In this document: piece by piece, positions 1 through 12,734 of the stretch
Layout: each line of letters opens with the position of its first letter
Position numbering within the stretch: the stretch's first letter is position 1
DNA from: Octopus vulgaris
Lineage: Eukaryota
Reading direction: 5' to 3'
Assembly: GCA_951406725.2 (NCBI GenBank)
Contig: OX597827.1
Location: 45,384,001 to 45,448,000, forward strand
DNA: 64,000 bases
The notes under the pieces: generated by a model
Seen by the model: the letters and a program-made list of their open reading frames with translations, nothing else
Told to the model about the DNA's origin: nothing
The model's database searches: none
Made by a program: the position numbers and the translations under genes

Positions 1-280
1 TCGCCACACGGGCAGCCATTTTACTGGGACTTAGTTAATCGACTCCGAAAAGATAAAAGGCAAAGTCGACCTTCGCGGAATTTGAAACCAGAACGTAGTG
101 ACGGGCGAAATACAGCTAAGCATTTCGTCCAGGGCGCTAACGATGCCGCCAGCTCGAATAATAATGCTCTCTATAGAATAACTGATATAAATGGTGGCTG
201 GTTGATTCCTTCAGTCATGTTTTATATAATAAAAAAAATTACTGAAATTCGACCTCACACTTGGTCTCATGTTCAGTCCC

Positions 281-313
<33 letters not shown>

Positions 314-460
314 TGTATGTATGTATGTATGTATGTATGTATGTATGTATGTATGTATGTATTATGTATGTATTATGTATGTATATATGTATATAATAAT
401 ATAAATAATATATATATATGCATATATACATACATATATGTACATACTTACATCTATAGT

Positions 461-517
<57 letters not shown>

Positions 518-682
518 TATGTGGACACAGGACGTCACGTGTACAACAACAAAAAATACGAAGTACGAGTACATAAAATATGAACTATTTTTTCGAACAA
601 TTAAAGACACAAACAAGACAGGCAATATAAAGAATATCACTTCATCAGTTGTTGGCTGTTTTTCTTCTCTCGTATTTCGAGC

Positions 683-749
<67 letters not shown>

Positions 750-764
750 GTACATAGTAGATAC

Positions 765-1315
765 ATGGAAAAAGGACATGGAGAGAAATATGTTCGTAAG
801 TTTGGATCAGGTGAGAAAAACAAAAGAGGAGAACGTTTGGTTACCGCGGCAGAAGCAAGACGACTATAAAATGGGAACAGCGTATACATCCCGGTCGATA
901 AAAGACACATATTGCAGGATGTCTCAGTAGTAGTGCCATTCCACACAGGCAGTGGTCATCGTTTGCCGCAGGCAAAAATCGTGATGAATGAAATCAGAGA
1001 GAAAAAGGCTCTGCATGTCTCAATCAAGAATACGTGTCAAATACTTTGATGGGAAACAGTTACAGGAAGCTATCCACAAGAAAATTTGTGGTCAACTTGA
1101 AGAGCTCGGTGAGGACTTCAATTTGCTTGGCCAGATAATTAAAAGCTTCATATGGAGAGCAAAAACTGCAAGCCAGCGGGAGTCTGGCGGAAGAATCTCG
1201 GGGGGAAATGATGAAACTGTTAGAGGAAAGGAAAATGATGAAGAGGAACATGAAAGTTCACCTCGAGTATTCCATTCCCTACAAAGCGATCCGACAATAT
1301 CTAAGAAATGCCACC
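765..1315 (+). mobile_element. Decayed RTE-clade LINE fragment (C-terminal APE endonuclease and linker)
   Basis: Translations [15 protein letters not shown] and [16 protein letters not shown] resemble the APE G-RN-RG-RL and SDH motifs; frameshifted. Confidence 0.6.
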
Positions 1316-1866
1316 AGTAATTACTCAGGGTAGGCAGTTGGCGGCTTTTATGTAGTAAAACACACTGCCTTTATAGTGCGTAAAAAAGGTTGTTATAGAA
1401 ATGTACGCAGCACTATGCGTAGCTTAAATACTGAGAGTGAAAAACGGGGCGAATTATGACTTTCTGATCTACAAATAAATAAATAAATAAATAAAAGATT
1501 TTGCCTTTTATGCATAGTAATCAGACTAACCTTCATTATTTTATTGAATTAGCTGCATATTTTGCCATGGTAGGAAAACGTTTCTATCAATCGATTTTAT
1601 TCAAGGTAGGCACAGCCTACGTTGCCTACCTAGGAAGCACGACCTTGTACACATATATATATATAATTTTATTATTCTTTTTTATTTGTTTCAGTCATTT
1701 GACTGCGGCCATGCTGAACCACCGCCTTTAGTCAAGCAAATCGAGCCCAGGACTTATTCTTTGTACGCCTAGTACTTATTTAATCGGACACTTTTGCCGA
1801 ACCGCTAACTTACGGGGATGTATATGTATATATGTACATATATAGATGTATATATATATCTATATG

Positions 1867-1900
<34 letters not shown>

Positions 1901-1934
1901 TGTATGTATGTATGTATGTATGTATGTATGTATG

Positions 1935-1965
<31 letters not shown>

Positions 1966-2102
1966 ATGTCTGTCTGTCTGTTTATGTATGTATGTATGTA
2001 TGTATGTATGTATGTATCTATCTATCTATTTATCTATACATTATACATGCATACACACACACACATATATAGTAGAATAATAAGGTAGTCAGAACGTTTT
2101 TG

Positions 2103-2191
2103 TTATTTACATCTTATTTACATTTTTAGCGCATTCTTCCGTTATCGGATAACGGAAGAAAGCGCTAAAAATGTAAATAAGATGTAAATAA
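2103..2191. repeat. Palindrome with 44-bp arms, 1-nt centre and 1 mismatch
   Basis: ttatttacatcttatttacatttttagcgcattcttccgttatc-g-gataacggaagaaagcgctaaaaatgtaaataagatgtaaataa. Confidence 0.9.
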
Positions 2192-2267
2192 ATAAAATAT
2201 ATATAATCATCCAACATTCTGACAACCTAATTATTCTAAATATACAATATATCTGTACATCACTTCA

Positions 2268-2311
<44 letters not shown>

Positions 2312-2379
2312 TATCATAGATATGTGTATATTTGTCTGTGTGTTTGTGGCCGCAGTCAAATGACTGAAACAAGTAAAAG

Positions 2380-2452
<73 letters not shown>

Positions 2453-2683
2453 CCATTTAAGCTAAATGTTATTCAAATGACTTTCACCTGAGTCTGGGAA
2501 TAATTAATAAAATGTCTGCTTTTGTCTTTTCCTCATTATTGTCAAAGTACTTGAATTTGTTTACCGAAACTTGTGAATACGTACACTTTATTTTCTTTCA
2601 TTGTATGTATGTATGTATGTATGTATGTATGTATGTATGTATGTATGTATGTATGTATGTATGTATGTATGTACGTATGTATG

Positions 2684-2715
<32 letters not shown>

Positions 2716-2718
<3 letters not shown>

Positions 2719-3270
2719 GTCCAGACCCCTCATACGCACTTATACTCTCTCATACACACACACACACACACACTTATACATACTAATACGTACTAATACA
2801 TACTAATACATACTAATACATACACCAACCCCATACATACGCACGTCCACACCAATCCTACGCACTAATACTCTCTCATACACACACACACACACACCCT
2901 TATACATACTAATACATACACCAACCCTATACATACACACGTCCAGACCCCTCCTACGCACTATTAGCTGGTCCTTCAACCATATTATCAACCCTATTAT
3001 CTCCCCTTATTTCGCTCTCGCGTCTCATGTTTGATCTTTGACCTCTGGCCGAAATCAGATCACCATGTTGATTCGTTAGCTACTGCACGCATTTTTTTCT
3101 CTCCTTCTTTCTGTGATTTTTTTCTCTCTGTGTATCTTTCTGTTGAAGAGCGTAGGCTCGAAACGTTAAAGACTTGTTTTATTTATATTTCCTGAGCGCC
3201 ATACTAATACAATTGTTCGTTTGTTTTTCACCTGCCTTCGTCTTTTGTCTATTTTCATAAAGCTTCCCGT
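2716..3270 (+). mobile_element. Non-coding hammerhead-bearing element (Penelope-like pLTR/retrozyme type), copy 1
   Basis: Near-identical to 58428-59080; internal ~110-bp subrepeats; hammerhead-like motif at 3135-3172; ends gcttcccgt-(TA)n. Confidence 0.75.
3135..3172 (+). ncRNA. Minimal type I hammerhead-like motif (A6U core variant)
   Basis: tcttt-CTGTTGA-A-GAGC gtag GCTC-GAAA-cg-T-T-aaaga; helix I tcttt/aaaga. Confidence 0.6.
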
Positions 3271-3761
3271 TATATATCTTTCTTGGTCTGACCGTTGTCC
3301 GTGCAACATTGATATTCTTACCTGCATCTCTGCCGTAAGGCTTCATTTCCACACGCGCCAGCTAAATTCAATTCGCCCTTAATCGAAAGACACCTGTTGT
3401 TATGTCCTGTTCTTATTTTTATTGCATTTTTAAAATTGTATTTATATTTGTGTAACTTCTATTTTTCCGTCCTTGTTTTTGTATACATTCACTGCTTTCT
3501 TCCAAGGAATCTAATGCTCTTAGCTTAGTTTATCCTTGAGGCTGGCCTGATTGCAACAATCTCAAGAATAATTAGCCGAAATTGCGAGGATAATCTTGTG
3601 CTTGACTGAAGAAAGAAAACTTCGAATGATCCGTCCTTGTTCTCTTTGTATCGCCTATCTGGATGCTTTGTTATCCTCTTTTGTATCACCTAGCTGTCCG
3701 GATGTTTTGCGTTCTTGTCCCATTTTGTATTATATATATATATATATATATATATGTGTGC

Positions 3762-3834
<73 letters not shown>

Positions 3835-3934
3835 CGTGCATATATGTGTCTGCAGATCAGTGAATTTATTTCACTTGAAGTTTTATAAGTTTTCAACAGT
3901 GATTTAGCACTGACAGCTAGCAAAGCCAAGCTAC

Positions 3935-3977
3935 TCCAGACTGATGACGGGCAACATCCTTGGAACTAGTCTCTGGA
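3935..3977 (+). ncRNA. Type I hammerhead-like ribozyme at the apex of a fold-back
   Basis: tccaga-CTGATGA-cgggcaacatcctt-GGAA-ctag-TC-tctgga; 6-bp helix I, palindromic ACTAGT helix III, GUC site; GAAA changed to GGAA. Confidence 0.7.
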
Positions 3978-4151
3978 AGCTGGTTTTGTTGGGTGGAGGT
4001 GCTTATCTCCCCTGTTTGAAAACTTAAGGACACAACACTATTGTGTCACGTAGCCAACTAGAAATGGTGTTTCTTGGAGCTAAATAGCAGTAGCATTCTT
4101 CCCTTTCCTAGAACTACCATATTAAGTTGGCAACAAACCATCACTTTATAT

Positions 4152-4243
<92 letters not shown>

Positions 4244-4336
4244 ATATATCGTTTTTAAAAAATACAAATCCGGAGAAGAAGCACACTCTGAGAAGTAGAG
4301 CAATCCATATTTATTTACTGGTGAAGGCCGGTTTAT

Positions 4337-4397
4337 GGGGTTACTCTGGGTTTCGCGGCCATAAAGCGTTTAACTTTATAGTGCATCGTCAAACTCC
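4337..4397 (-). ncRNA. Type I hammerhead-like motif (opposite-polarity partner)
   Basis: Reverse complement: ggagt-TTGACGA-...-GAAA-cccagag-TA-acccc; C3U variant, GUA site. Confidence 0.6.
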
Positions 4398-4804
4398 AAG
4401 TCCTGTTGGCCTAAAACCTCATTAAAAAAAATGGAGGGGAAAGACTCGTTATAGATCTAAACAAGGGAATTATCTCCCTTTGCTAATAGCTATCGACTTT
4501 CGGCTACAGGCAGTGTTGCCATTATTCGGCTGTGAGAGTAAACGATAGGTGATTATCTCCCTTTCCCATTAGCTATTAACTCCCGGCTGTGCTGTTATTT
4601 TGCGGTTCTCAAAACGCTAGCAGAAATCTTGATTGCAAACATGGCTCGAAAATCTCCGTGCTGGAGTAAAGTCTGGTCCCTGGTTCGAGTTAAGTATCGT
4701 CCCTGGTATTTTAGGATTCTCGTGCGTTCGGCTATGCATGATTTGCAGTGTTTCATTCCGTGGTTTACATAATTTTCTAATGAGGTCTTAGGCCAACAGG
4801 ACTT

Positions 4805-4865
4805 GGGGTCTGACGACACGCCATAAAGTTAAACCTTTTATCGACAGGAAACCCAGGATAACCCC
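4805..4865 (+). ncRNA. Type I hammerhead ribozyme motif
   Basis: ggggt-CTGACGA-(cataaag...ttttat stem II region)-GAAA-cccagga-TA-acccc; helix I ggggt/acccc. Confidence 0.7.
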
Positions 4866-5671
4866 ATAAACCGGCCTTCACCAATAAACATATATGTGTG
4901 TGTGTATAGATATATACACAAATACACACATATATATATATATAATAAACACCCTTTTCTCTCTACTATTTTGTTCTAATCTGTTCTATATCACTATTTA
5001 ACATTTTTCTTTTTACCTGAACTTTCTTCCCTTCTCTATTCTTCACAAACTCGTTTTTACTCTTCTTCGCTACCATTCCTCTCCCCTGTTTTCTCTCTCT
5101 CCGCCATTTTCTTTCCTTCTATATTTACGGTGATTTAAAACCTCTTATATACTTTAATACTTTTTTCCTATCTCTTTTACACTTTCTGCACCCAAAGAAA
5201 AGCAAATCTTAAACTGTTTTTCTCGGATTTTACACTTCTCGAAATAAACAGTATATTTCAAATACTACATTCTCATAAACATTTAATACCTTTTCATTGT
5301 ATCGCATCCTCCTTGTCAATAAACCGCTCATTTCTATTTCTACTTCATTCTTTGTGATTCTTTCGAAACACAATCTCTTACATAACCAGTCTTACGATTT
5401 TCCTCCTTCTTTTTCTTGCTTTCGCACACTCGTAAATAAATATTGTCTCTCACCTTCAAACTCATTATGTCAGTTACGATATACCTTGATGCACATTTTA
5501 CTAATCCCTTCAATAAATCAATTAATCAATCAATCAATAAACTAATCAGTTAATCAATCAATCAATCACTTAAACAATCAATGACTAAATCATTTAAGCT
5601 TTTTCTTTCTTTCTTCCTTCCTTCCTTTCTTTCTTGCTTTCTTTCTTTCTTCCTTCCTTCCTTCTGTCTTT

Positions 5672-5715
<44 letters not shown>

Positions 5716-6039
5716 GCTTGCTTGTTTGCTTCCTTTCTTTCTTATTTTCTTTCTTTCTTGTTTCTTTTCTTTCTTTCATATTTCCTTTCTCTCTTTTTTT
5801 TTCTTTCTTTCTCCATACACTTTCTGCAACTTTGTGTAGGCCTCTGAGCAGGTATCGCCATTACAACTTTCTCTGTTATGGCCAATGCGACGATCACACG
5901 CTACACACCTTCCTTGCAAGCACTGCTGTAAACAACGAAAGTGAGCTAGGACATTAAAACTGAGTGCGCATGTGCGGCAGAGTTCAAGGTCAATCTGTAC
6001 CAAGCATCGGCTTTACTCTGCGTGCTTTAGCTTCCTTAC

Positions 6040-6620
6040 TATGGCAACAGTTGGTGCTGGACACTGGGTATTTGAAAAATTCACCAAACGCGTCTTCAGC
6101 GATAAAGATCTAAAGTTAACATCGAAAATTATGGTTTATAAAGCTGTTGTCATTTCAACCATGCCATATGTCAGCGAAACGTTGCTATATGGACTCTGTA
6201 TTGTCGCGACATCCAAAAATTAGAATGTTTTCACCAAGAAAAGCTTCGTTCAGTCTGAGGCATCAAATGGGTACACTATGTGACCAACAACAAAGTCCTG
6301 GAGACTGCAAATAGTCAAAGCATCGAATCGCTGATCATGAATTACCGCCTTCGATGGTCAGGATATATAGCAAGATTGGTAGAGTCAACGTTCCCGCGCC
6401 AAGTCTTATTCAGTGAGCTCAGGTCAGGAAAAAGACCACGGGGTTGCCCTCTTCGAAGATACAGTGATCAACTCAAAGCAAAACTGAAAGCCAATGAAAT
6501 CGAGCCTAAAGCAATTGAAACACAAGTCTGAGACTGTACCAAGTGACGGTATTCAAATTACCAACGGAGACAAAAATTTCGATGCAAGAATTGGTCTACA
6601 GAGTCATCAACGGCGTCTCC
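6040..6620 (+). mobile_element. RTE-clade LINE remnant (RT thumb / C-terminal region)
   Basis: FEKFTKRVFSDKDLKLTSKIMVYKAVV...YVSET and VTNNKVLETANSQSIESLIMNYRLRWSGYIARL...PRQVLFSELRSGKRPRGCPLRRYSDQLK are typical of the RTE C-terminus; stops and frameshifts. Confidence 0.85.
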
Positions 6621-6799
6621 ATAAAATAAGAATTCAGCAAAAAAGAAAATAAATATTCGGATACGAGATAAAGCTGACAACGACGCGGATTTTTGGCGAT
6701 TTTTTTCCTGTTTTCCTATCTCTTGGACTTTCTTCTGTCTCCTGTTTCTGGAGAAGAGTTTTGCCTGAAATGTGTAGCGACTTGGCGCTACACCTTCAT

Positions 6800-6923
6800 C
6801 GGTGACCTCAAAGCCACTGGACATTACATGGGATGAAGCTAAAATCGCCGCGGCCGACCGACCACGTTGGAGAATCCTTGCCGCCGAATGCGCCACACGG
6901 TGCAGGAGGACCTAACTCTAAGA
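6800..6923 (+). mobile_element. 3' end of a second RTE-like LINE
   Basis: WDEAKIAAADRPRWRILAAECATRCRRT* followed by a short ctaactctaag tail. Confidence 0.55.
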
Positions 6924-7229
6924 CCAACACTTACTCCTAGAATTTCTGACCTCATGTTGATGATAGAAATTGTTGCTCAGTTAGAAATCGACATTGAATT
7001 AACCTTATTATTGATCCCTATCATTGACAACGTCTAGATTTCAGTCTCAAATCCACGCCTCCCTATCCACCATTAACAACTTACTGGATCAACAGCAACA
7101 ACAATAAGATCGTGCTACTCTATCGTATATGTAACATGATATTGTGTAAAATGACTTTAAGAATCTAAAATTAGTTCGATCATTAACTGTAATTGGAAGT
7201 CGTAAATCGATAGTATTGTTTTAAAACTC

Positions 7230-8270
7230 ATTGTTGTTGTTGCTGTTGTTATTGTTGCTGTTGTTATTGTTGCTGTTGTTATTGTTGCTGCTGCTGCTGC
7301 TGCTGTTGTTGTTGTTGTTGTTGTTCCTGTCGCCGTCATCGTCGTCGATGATGTTGTTATCACTCTTATGGCTGTCGCTGTTTCTGTTGTTGACGTTGTT
7401 GTTGTAGACACTAGTGCTTTACTTTTCCACTTCATTTGCTATTATTGCTGCTGCTGCTGCTGATGTTGATGTTGATGTTGTTGCTGCAGTTTCTACTCCC
7501 TTGCTGCTGTTGGTGTTGTTGCCAATGTCGCTGGTTCTCTTACTTTTACTCTTGTTTCTGCCGCCATCACCGTCCTCATCATCTCGCCGTTGCCGTTTCG
7601 GCTGATGTCTAGATAAACACCCACCACTCGCAACGAAAGCAGGCTTATGAAGAAAGCCATTTCAACTGCGACCATCCAACGATTTTACCTATCATCTTCG
7701 TCTAACTGCTTTACCGAATTCGAAACTAACAGTGTATAACTCGAAGCTGCTATTTCTAAATCAACAGATTACAGGAAAACTTCCACGATTGCCCGTTATT
7801 TCACTATCTGATGACATCGTAGCTGTTGTTTCTGCTTCTGCATTTATCATTCATGCTACGGCTTTTGTTGTTATTGCTTTTACTTCTGTTGCTCTTGCTA
7901 CCGTTGTGTGTCCTTGCTGTTGTTGCTACTGCTGCTGTTGTCTTTTTTCTTGTTTCTGCCATTGTCGTGCCATGAATCTCGTTCTTCTTATTTTTACAGA
8001 TTTTATTATAGTTCATGTTGTACTTGTTCCTATACGGGCAGCGGCTGTTGGTAGCGCTTTTATTGTCGTTAATGTTTGTTATTGCTATTAATATTTTCTT
8101 AGCTGCTATTGTTGGTGAACTTGAAAATAACACAGCTGCATTTGTCGTCGTTCATGTTACTATTCCTGCAATGGTTAACGCTGCTATTACGGCTGCCGCT
8201 GTTGCTGTTACTGCTACCGAAGTTATGATTGTTATTATTCTTGTTGTTATTATTACTGCTGTTCCATATA
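7230..8270. repeat. Degenerate (GTT/GCT)n trinucleotide field
   Basis: Interrupted GTT/GCT/GAT runs. Confidence 0.85.
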
Positions 8271-8390
8271 ATAGGTTCAGGTGTTAACATTGATTCAAAT
8301 ACAATACAATTGCGAGCAGAAACATACACATGTCTAAATATAGAGGAGCAACATGTCTACTGATATATATACATGCATACGTATATGTGA

Positions 8391-8476
<86 letters not shown>

Positions 8477-8650
8477 GTATTTATGCATTTAGGTATGTGC
8501 ATACACACACATATACCTATATATACATATATTATATGTGCTTGTGTACATATACATAGGTATATATATATATATATATATATATAGGTATGTATATATG
8601 TATATATATATATAGGTATGTATATATGTATATATATAGGTATGTATATA

Positions 8651-8699
<49 letters not shown>

Positions 8700-8730
8700 C
8701 TACGTATGTGTATATATTCATATATATGTC

Positions 8731-8804
<74 letters not shown>

Positions 8805-9679
8805 CATTCATAGATACATAGATACATACATATATATGCACGCACACACATGCATGCACACACACATTACAGTCACATGCGCAATCAATCGAAGAGAGGG
8901 TTACGATTGTTGGTTTCCGGGAGAAATTTACAGGAAAAGCCCATCCTTTCAGTATTTCTTTAAAGGATTTTGCTCCAAAATTCTCTGCCATGTCTTTTTC
9001 CTTTTTTTTTTTTTTTTACTATTCTCTAACTCTGTTTTATATTTTTTTCTAAAAATAAAAACAGCTGACACAACGGAAACATCGATATCATCTTGATGTT
9101 CTACATCAATAAACATCACTACATGGGTGTGTCGAACTAATTATAGCAGGCTAATTATGAAAAAATAATGAAAAGAGTCATTTGTATGATACAAAGCGAT
9201 ATAAATGGGGTCAATATTTTTAACGAATTTGCATGTACTTTTGCATAAAGTTGTGCTCGCACACACACGCACACAAATATACATATAAATGTGTGTGTAT
9301 GTGTATATGTGTATGTGATAGACTGTATGTTAAACACAGACAAGTCTAAACGAAGAGAATATTGACTAACATAATTATAAGCATGTTTCTTCCATCACCA
9401 AGTGTTGTTTCAAGCTCATAAAGATTTCGGCACTGTTATCAAAGAGCTAAAATCACTATGACCTTCAGTTGGCAGCTGATGAAGAGAGAGTATTTCTGTG
9501 TCTGACGTTTTCCATTTCTAGTTTGAGTTATCGGCACATGTTCTTCAAAATTATTGTAACGCCATGATGTTTCGTTTAAGATTAATATTAAAACACATAA
9601 TTGTACATGCATACATAAATACATACATACATACATATATACATACATACATACATACATACATACATACATACATACA

Positions 9680-9710
<31 letters not shown>

Positions 9711-9957
9711 TGATAGTTAATTTTACACTGAGTATAGCTGTTTCGTTATTAAACTGACTTGAAATGATAACCTTTTTCTAACGTGGGTACATACACATAC
9801 ACTCCCACATACAAGCACACACATGCACACATATTACGGCAGCTGTCACTCAAAGTAAAGTATTATATACTAGCATGCATTATATATGTACATGCATGTG
9901 TGGGTATACACATAAACATATATAAGTATTGTATATAATTGTGTATGTGTATATATT

Positions 9958-10140
9958 CATTTTCAGTCTTTTAACTGCGGCCATGCTGGTGCACCGCCTT
10001 TAGTCGAACAAATCGACCCCAGGACTTATTCTTTGTAAGCCTAGTACTTATCCTATCGGTGTCTTTTGCCGGACTGCTAAGTTACGGTGACTTAAACAAA
10101 CCAACATCGGTTGTTAAGCGATGGTAGACGGACACAGACA
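9958..10140 (-). mobile_element. SINE family A, 3' half
   Basis: Matches the 3' half of full copy 43475-43874. Confidence 0.85.
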
Positions 10141-10236
10141 CGCAAATACATACATACATACATACATACATACATACATACATACATACATACATACATA
10201 CATACATACATACACACACATATGTATATATATATA

Positions 10237-10274
<38 letters not shown>

Positions 10275-10277
<3 letters not shown>

Positions 10278-11509
10278 CAAAATAACCAACAAGAATGACT
10301 CCGGTAATTTGGTACGATCGTTTCGTACTACATCATTTTATTAAATGTTGTAAGTATTACAACAGATTTAAGATGCTGAGTATTCATCAGCCAATTATAG
10401 AGGTTTTCCATCAATACAAAAATTTTCAAATCAACTGGCAACATTATAGAGAAGGTAGATATACAGACAAAGGTGTGGATTTAAATTTTAAGAACATATA
10501 AGGTAGTGAAGTCCTTCCACTGACTGACTAAGATATGGCTGTTACTAACTGCTGTAAGGTTAGAAGCAATAAAGATTTTTTAATTGTAGAAATGGGGTAA
10601 AGGAGGTTTCAGAAACTCCATAAAAGGAATTCATGTTGAAGACAACAATTGCCACTAATAAATGCCAATTACTGCTATTTGGTGAGAGAAACAAGATCAA
10701 TGTCAAATGGTCCTAATCCCATTCACAGAGAGTGTAATTTAGAGAAAAAAACCTATCACCTATTATTATGAGTAGGCATAGTATTTTTTAGCTGGGGGAA
10801 AGCCTTATAAATTTTAAAGCTAGATTAAATTTAGAAAAAATTCCAATTTCAAGTTTGCAGTGAAGTTTTTTAGTCATCTATGAATGTTAAATTGAAAGCT
10901 AGTATAGTATATTTCTTCTTATTTGATTATAAAGAATTAAAATTTGAAAAATATAGGAATACTCACAAAATTATTATTTAAAGTATTTAAACGTTCGGGT
11001 TGTGCAATGTATACAAGAAACTGCCAACTCCAGACGGTTATTCAACAGATTTGTATTACTCTGATGTTTTAAAATTTTATAAGTTTCCATAGAACAAAGT
11101 TGACAACCATCCCTACTATTTCTATAAGGTTGCGCCCTTCTAACTATATCCCATTTTAGATTGAATTCTATATTATTTGTTTTTAGTTCCCAAATTTTGC
11201 TAGATAGTGTCGTGCAACCTGCCTTATGTTTGATCCTAAAAGAGGAAAAATGATTGTTAAGACGTCTTTTAAGATCCACCGAACATCCGAAATAAAGAAA
11301 GCTATTGCTAGAAGTTATTATCGTGCATTTATAACTTACATTTTGGACCGAACAACGACCAGATACCGGACATTTTGATCTAATCCTACAATAACAACTG
11401 GAATTATTTAAGGACAGTTCACTTACGTTACTGTTATTTAAATTATTATTAGTATTAGTATTACTTTCATTATTAGTAATCACGTTGTTATGCAAATTAG
11501 GGTTACTAG

Positions 11510-11510
<1 letters not shown>
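10275..11510 (-). mobile_element. 5'-truncated Penelope-like element (GIY-YIG endonuclease plus 3' region)
   Basis: ORF 10974..11609: C-x-C-x5-CP-x-SGRC, VSYKC...YFG...KRRLNNH...TTLSSKIWELK...W.I...PY...CQLC..E, typical of PLE GIY-YIG; (TA)n on both sides; hammerhead downstream. Confidence 0.85.
10309..10394 (-). ncRNA. Type I hammerhead ribozyme motif in the PLE 3' region (extended stem II)
   Basis: Reverse complement: ttgg-CTGATGA-A-tact...agta-C-GAAA-cgatcg-TA-ccaa; palindromic helix III, GUA site. Confidence 0.75.
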
Positions 11511-11566
<56 letters not shown>

Positions 11567-11569
<3 letters not shown>

Positions 11570-11730
11570 GACGGACATCTTTCAGTTTCCGTCTACCAGA
11601 TCCACTCACAAGGGTTTGGTAGGCCAGAGGCTATAGTAGAAGACACTTGACCGAGGTACCACGCAAAGGGACTGAACCTGGAACCATGTGGTTGGGAGGC
11701 ATAATTCTTACCACACAGCAACACCTGCAG
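11567..11730 (-). mobile_element. SINE family A, 5' (tRNA-like) half
   Basis: Matches the 5' half of 43475-43874. Confidence 0.85.
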
Positions 11731-11911
11731 CTATATATATATACATATATACATTACTAAAAAAATGCCAGCCTTGTCTGATTTTCACGTTTTATTTACA
11801 ATCTTATAACAATATGGTATAATATACTATACTGTACTATAATATAATATAATATTATTATAATATAATATAATATAATGAAATGATAAAATATTAGATG
11901 TCAATTCTGAT

Positions 11912-11956
11912 TGAACAAGTACTTTCATGCTTTAAACTAGGCAATCCTCAGGTTCA
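11912..11956 (-). ncRNA. Minimal type I hammerhead ribozyme motif
   Basis: Reverse complement: tgaac-CTGAGGA-t-tgc ctagtttaaa gca-t-GAAA-gtac-T-T-gttca; 5-bp helix I, palindromic GUAC loop III. Confidence 0.75.
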
Positions 11957-12405
11957 TGTAATAGTGGTGACAGTTATGTTTTACAATTTACAACTGTAGT
12001 GAGATGGCTAAACTGTTTGCCTTAAATACATTTGGATAGGCTCCAGAATGTTAATCTTTGCAAACTGTATTCTGACCAATTAGTGTGTGATTTTACTAAA
12101 TTACTTAAGTTGATTGGTGTTTGCTTTAGGCGTGAAAATCAAAGTTGGAATTTCTTTGAGTAACATCTTCTTCTATACACAATCATACACACGCCCGTGT
12201 ATATATTCTTTTATTCTTTCATTCTTTTATTTGTTGCAGTCATTTGACCCCAGGACTTATTCTTTATGAGCATAGTTCTTATCCTCTCGGTTTCTTTCGC
12301 CGAACCGCTACGTTACGGGGACGTAAACACACAAACATCGGTTGTGAAGCGATGATGGGGACAAACACCGACACACACACACACACACATACACACACTC
12401 ACACA

Positions 12406-12468
<63 letters not shown>

Positions 12469-12568
12469 TTGGTTGAAATTTACAGGAAAAACAAAAGACG
12501 TAGACAGGTATATGGTATATAAACAACAAGCAGGTATATTACATTGACGCTTGGGAAGGTGAGAAAGT

Positions 12569-12601
12569 CTTTTACGTTTCGAGCCTACGCTCTTCAGAAA
12601 G
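12569..12601 (-). ncRNA. Minimal type I hammerhead motif
   Basis: Reverse complement: cttt-CTGAAGA-gcgtaggctc-GAAA-cg-TA-aaag. Confidence 0.65.
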
Positions 12602-12734
12602 TAACCCGAGGAAATAAACAGATAGAGAATAAAAACAAATTTGGAGTTAGCAGTCAAGATAAATAGATAAATAAATAAAGAGACAGATATAAATAGAAAG
12701 GTAGAAATAGATAGACAGATAGATAGATAGATAG

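Larger units (their letters stand above)
4311..4888. mobile_element. Fold-back element with ~120-bp terminal inverted arms, each holding a hammerhead motif
   Basis: 4311-4428 is the imperfect reverse complement of 4775-4888; a related shorter copy lies at ~24680-24862; microsatellite flanks. Confidence 0.8.

Noticed and set aside
2780-2960. Repeat-spacer-like ACTAATACAT and ~110-bp units (also 58430-58770)
   Set aside because: Internal subrepeats of a eukaryotic element; the spacers are not unique and there are no cas genes, so not CRISPR.
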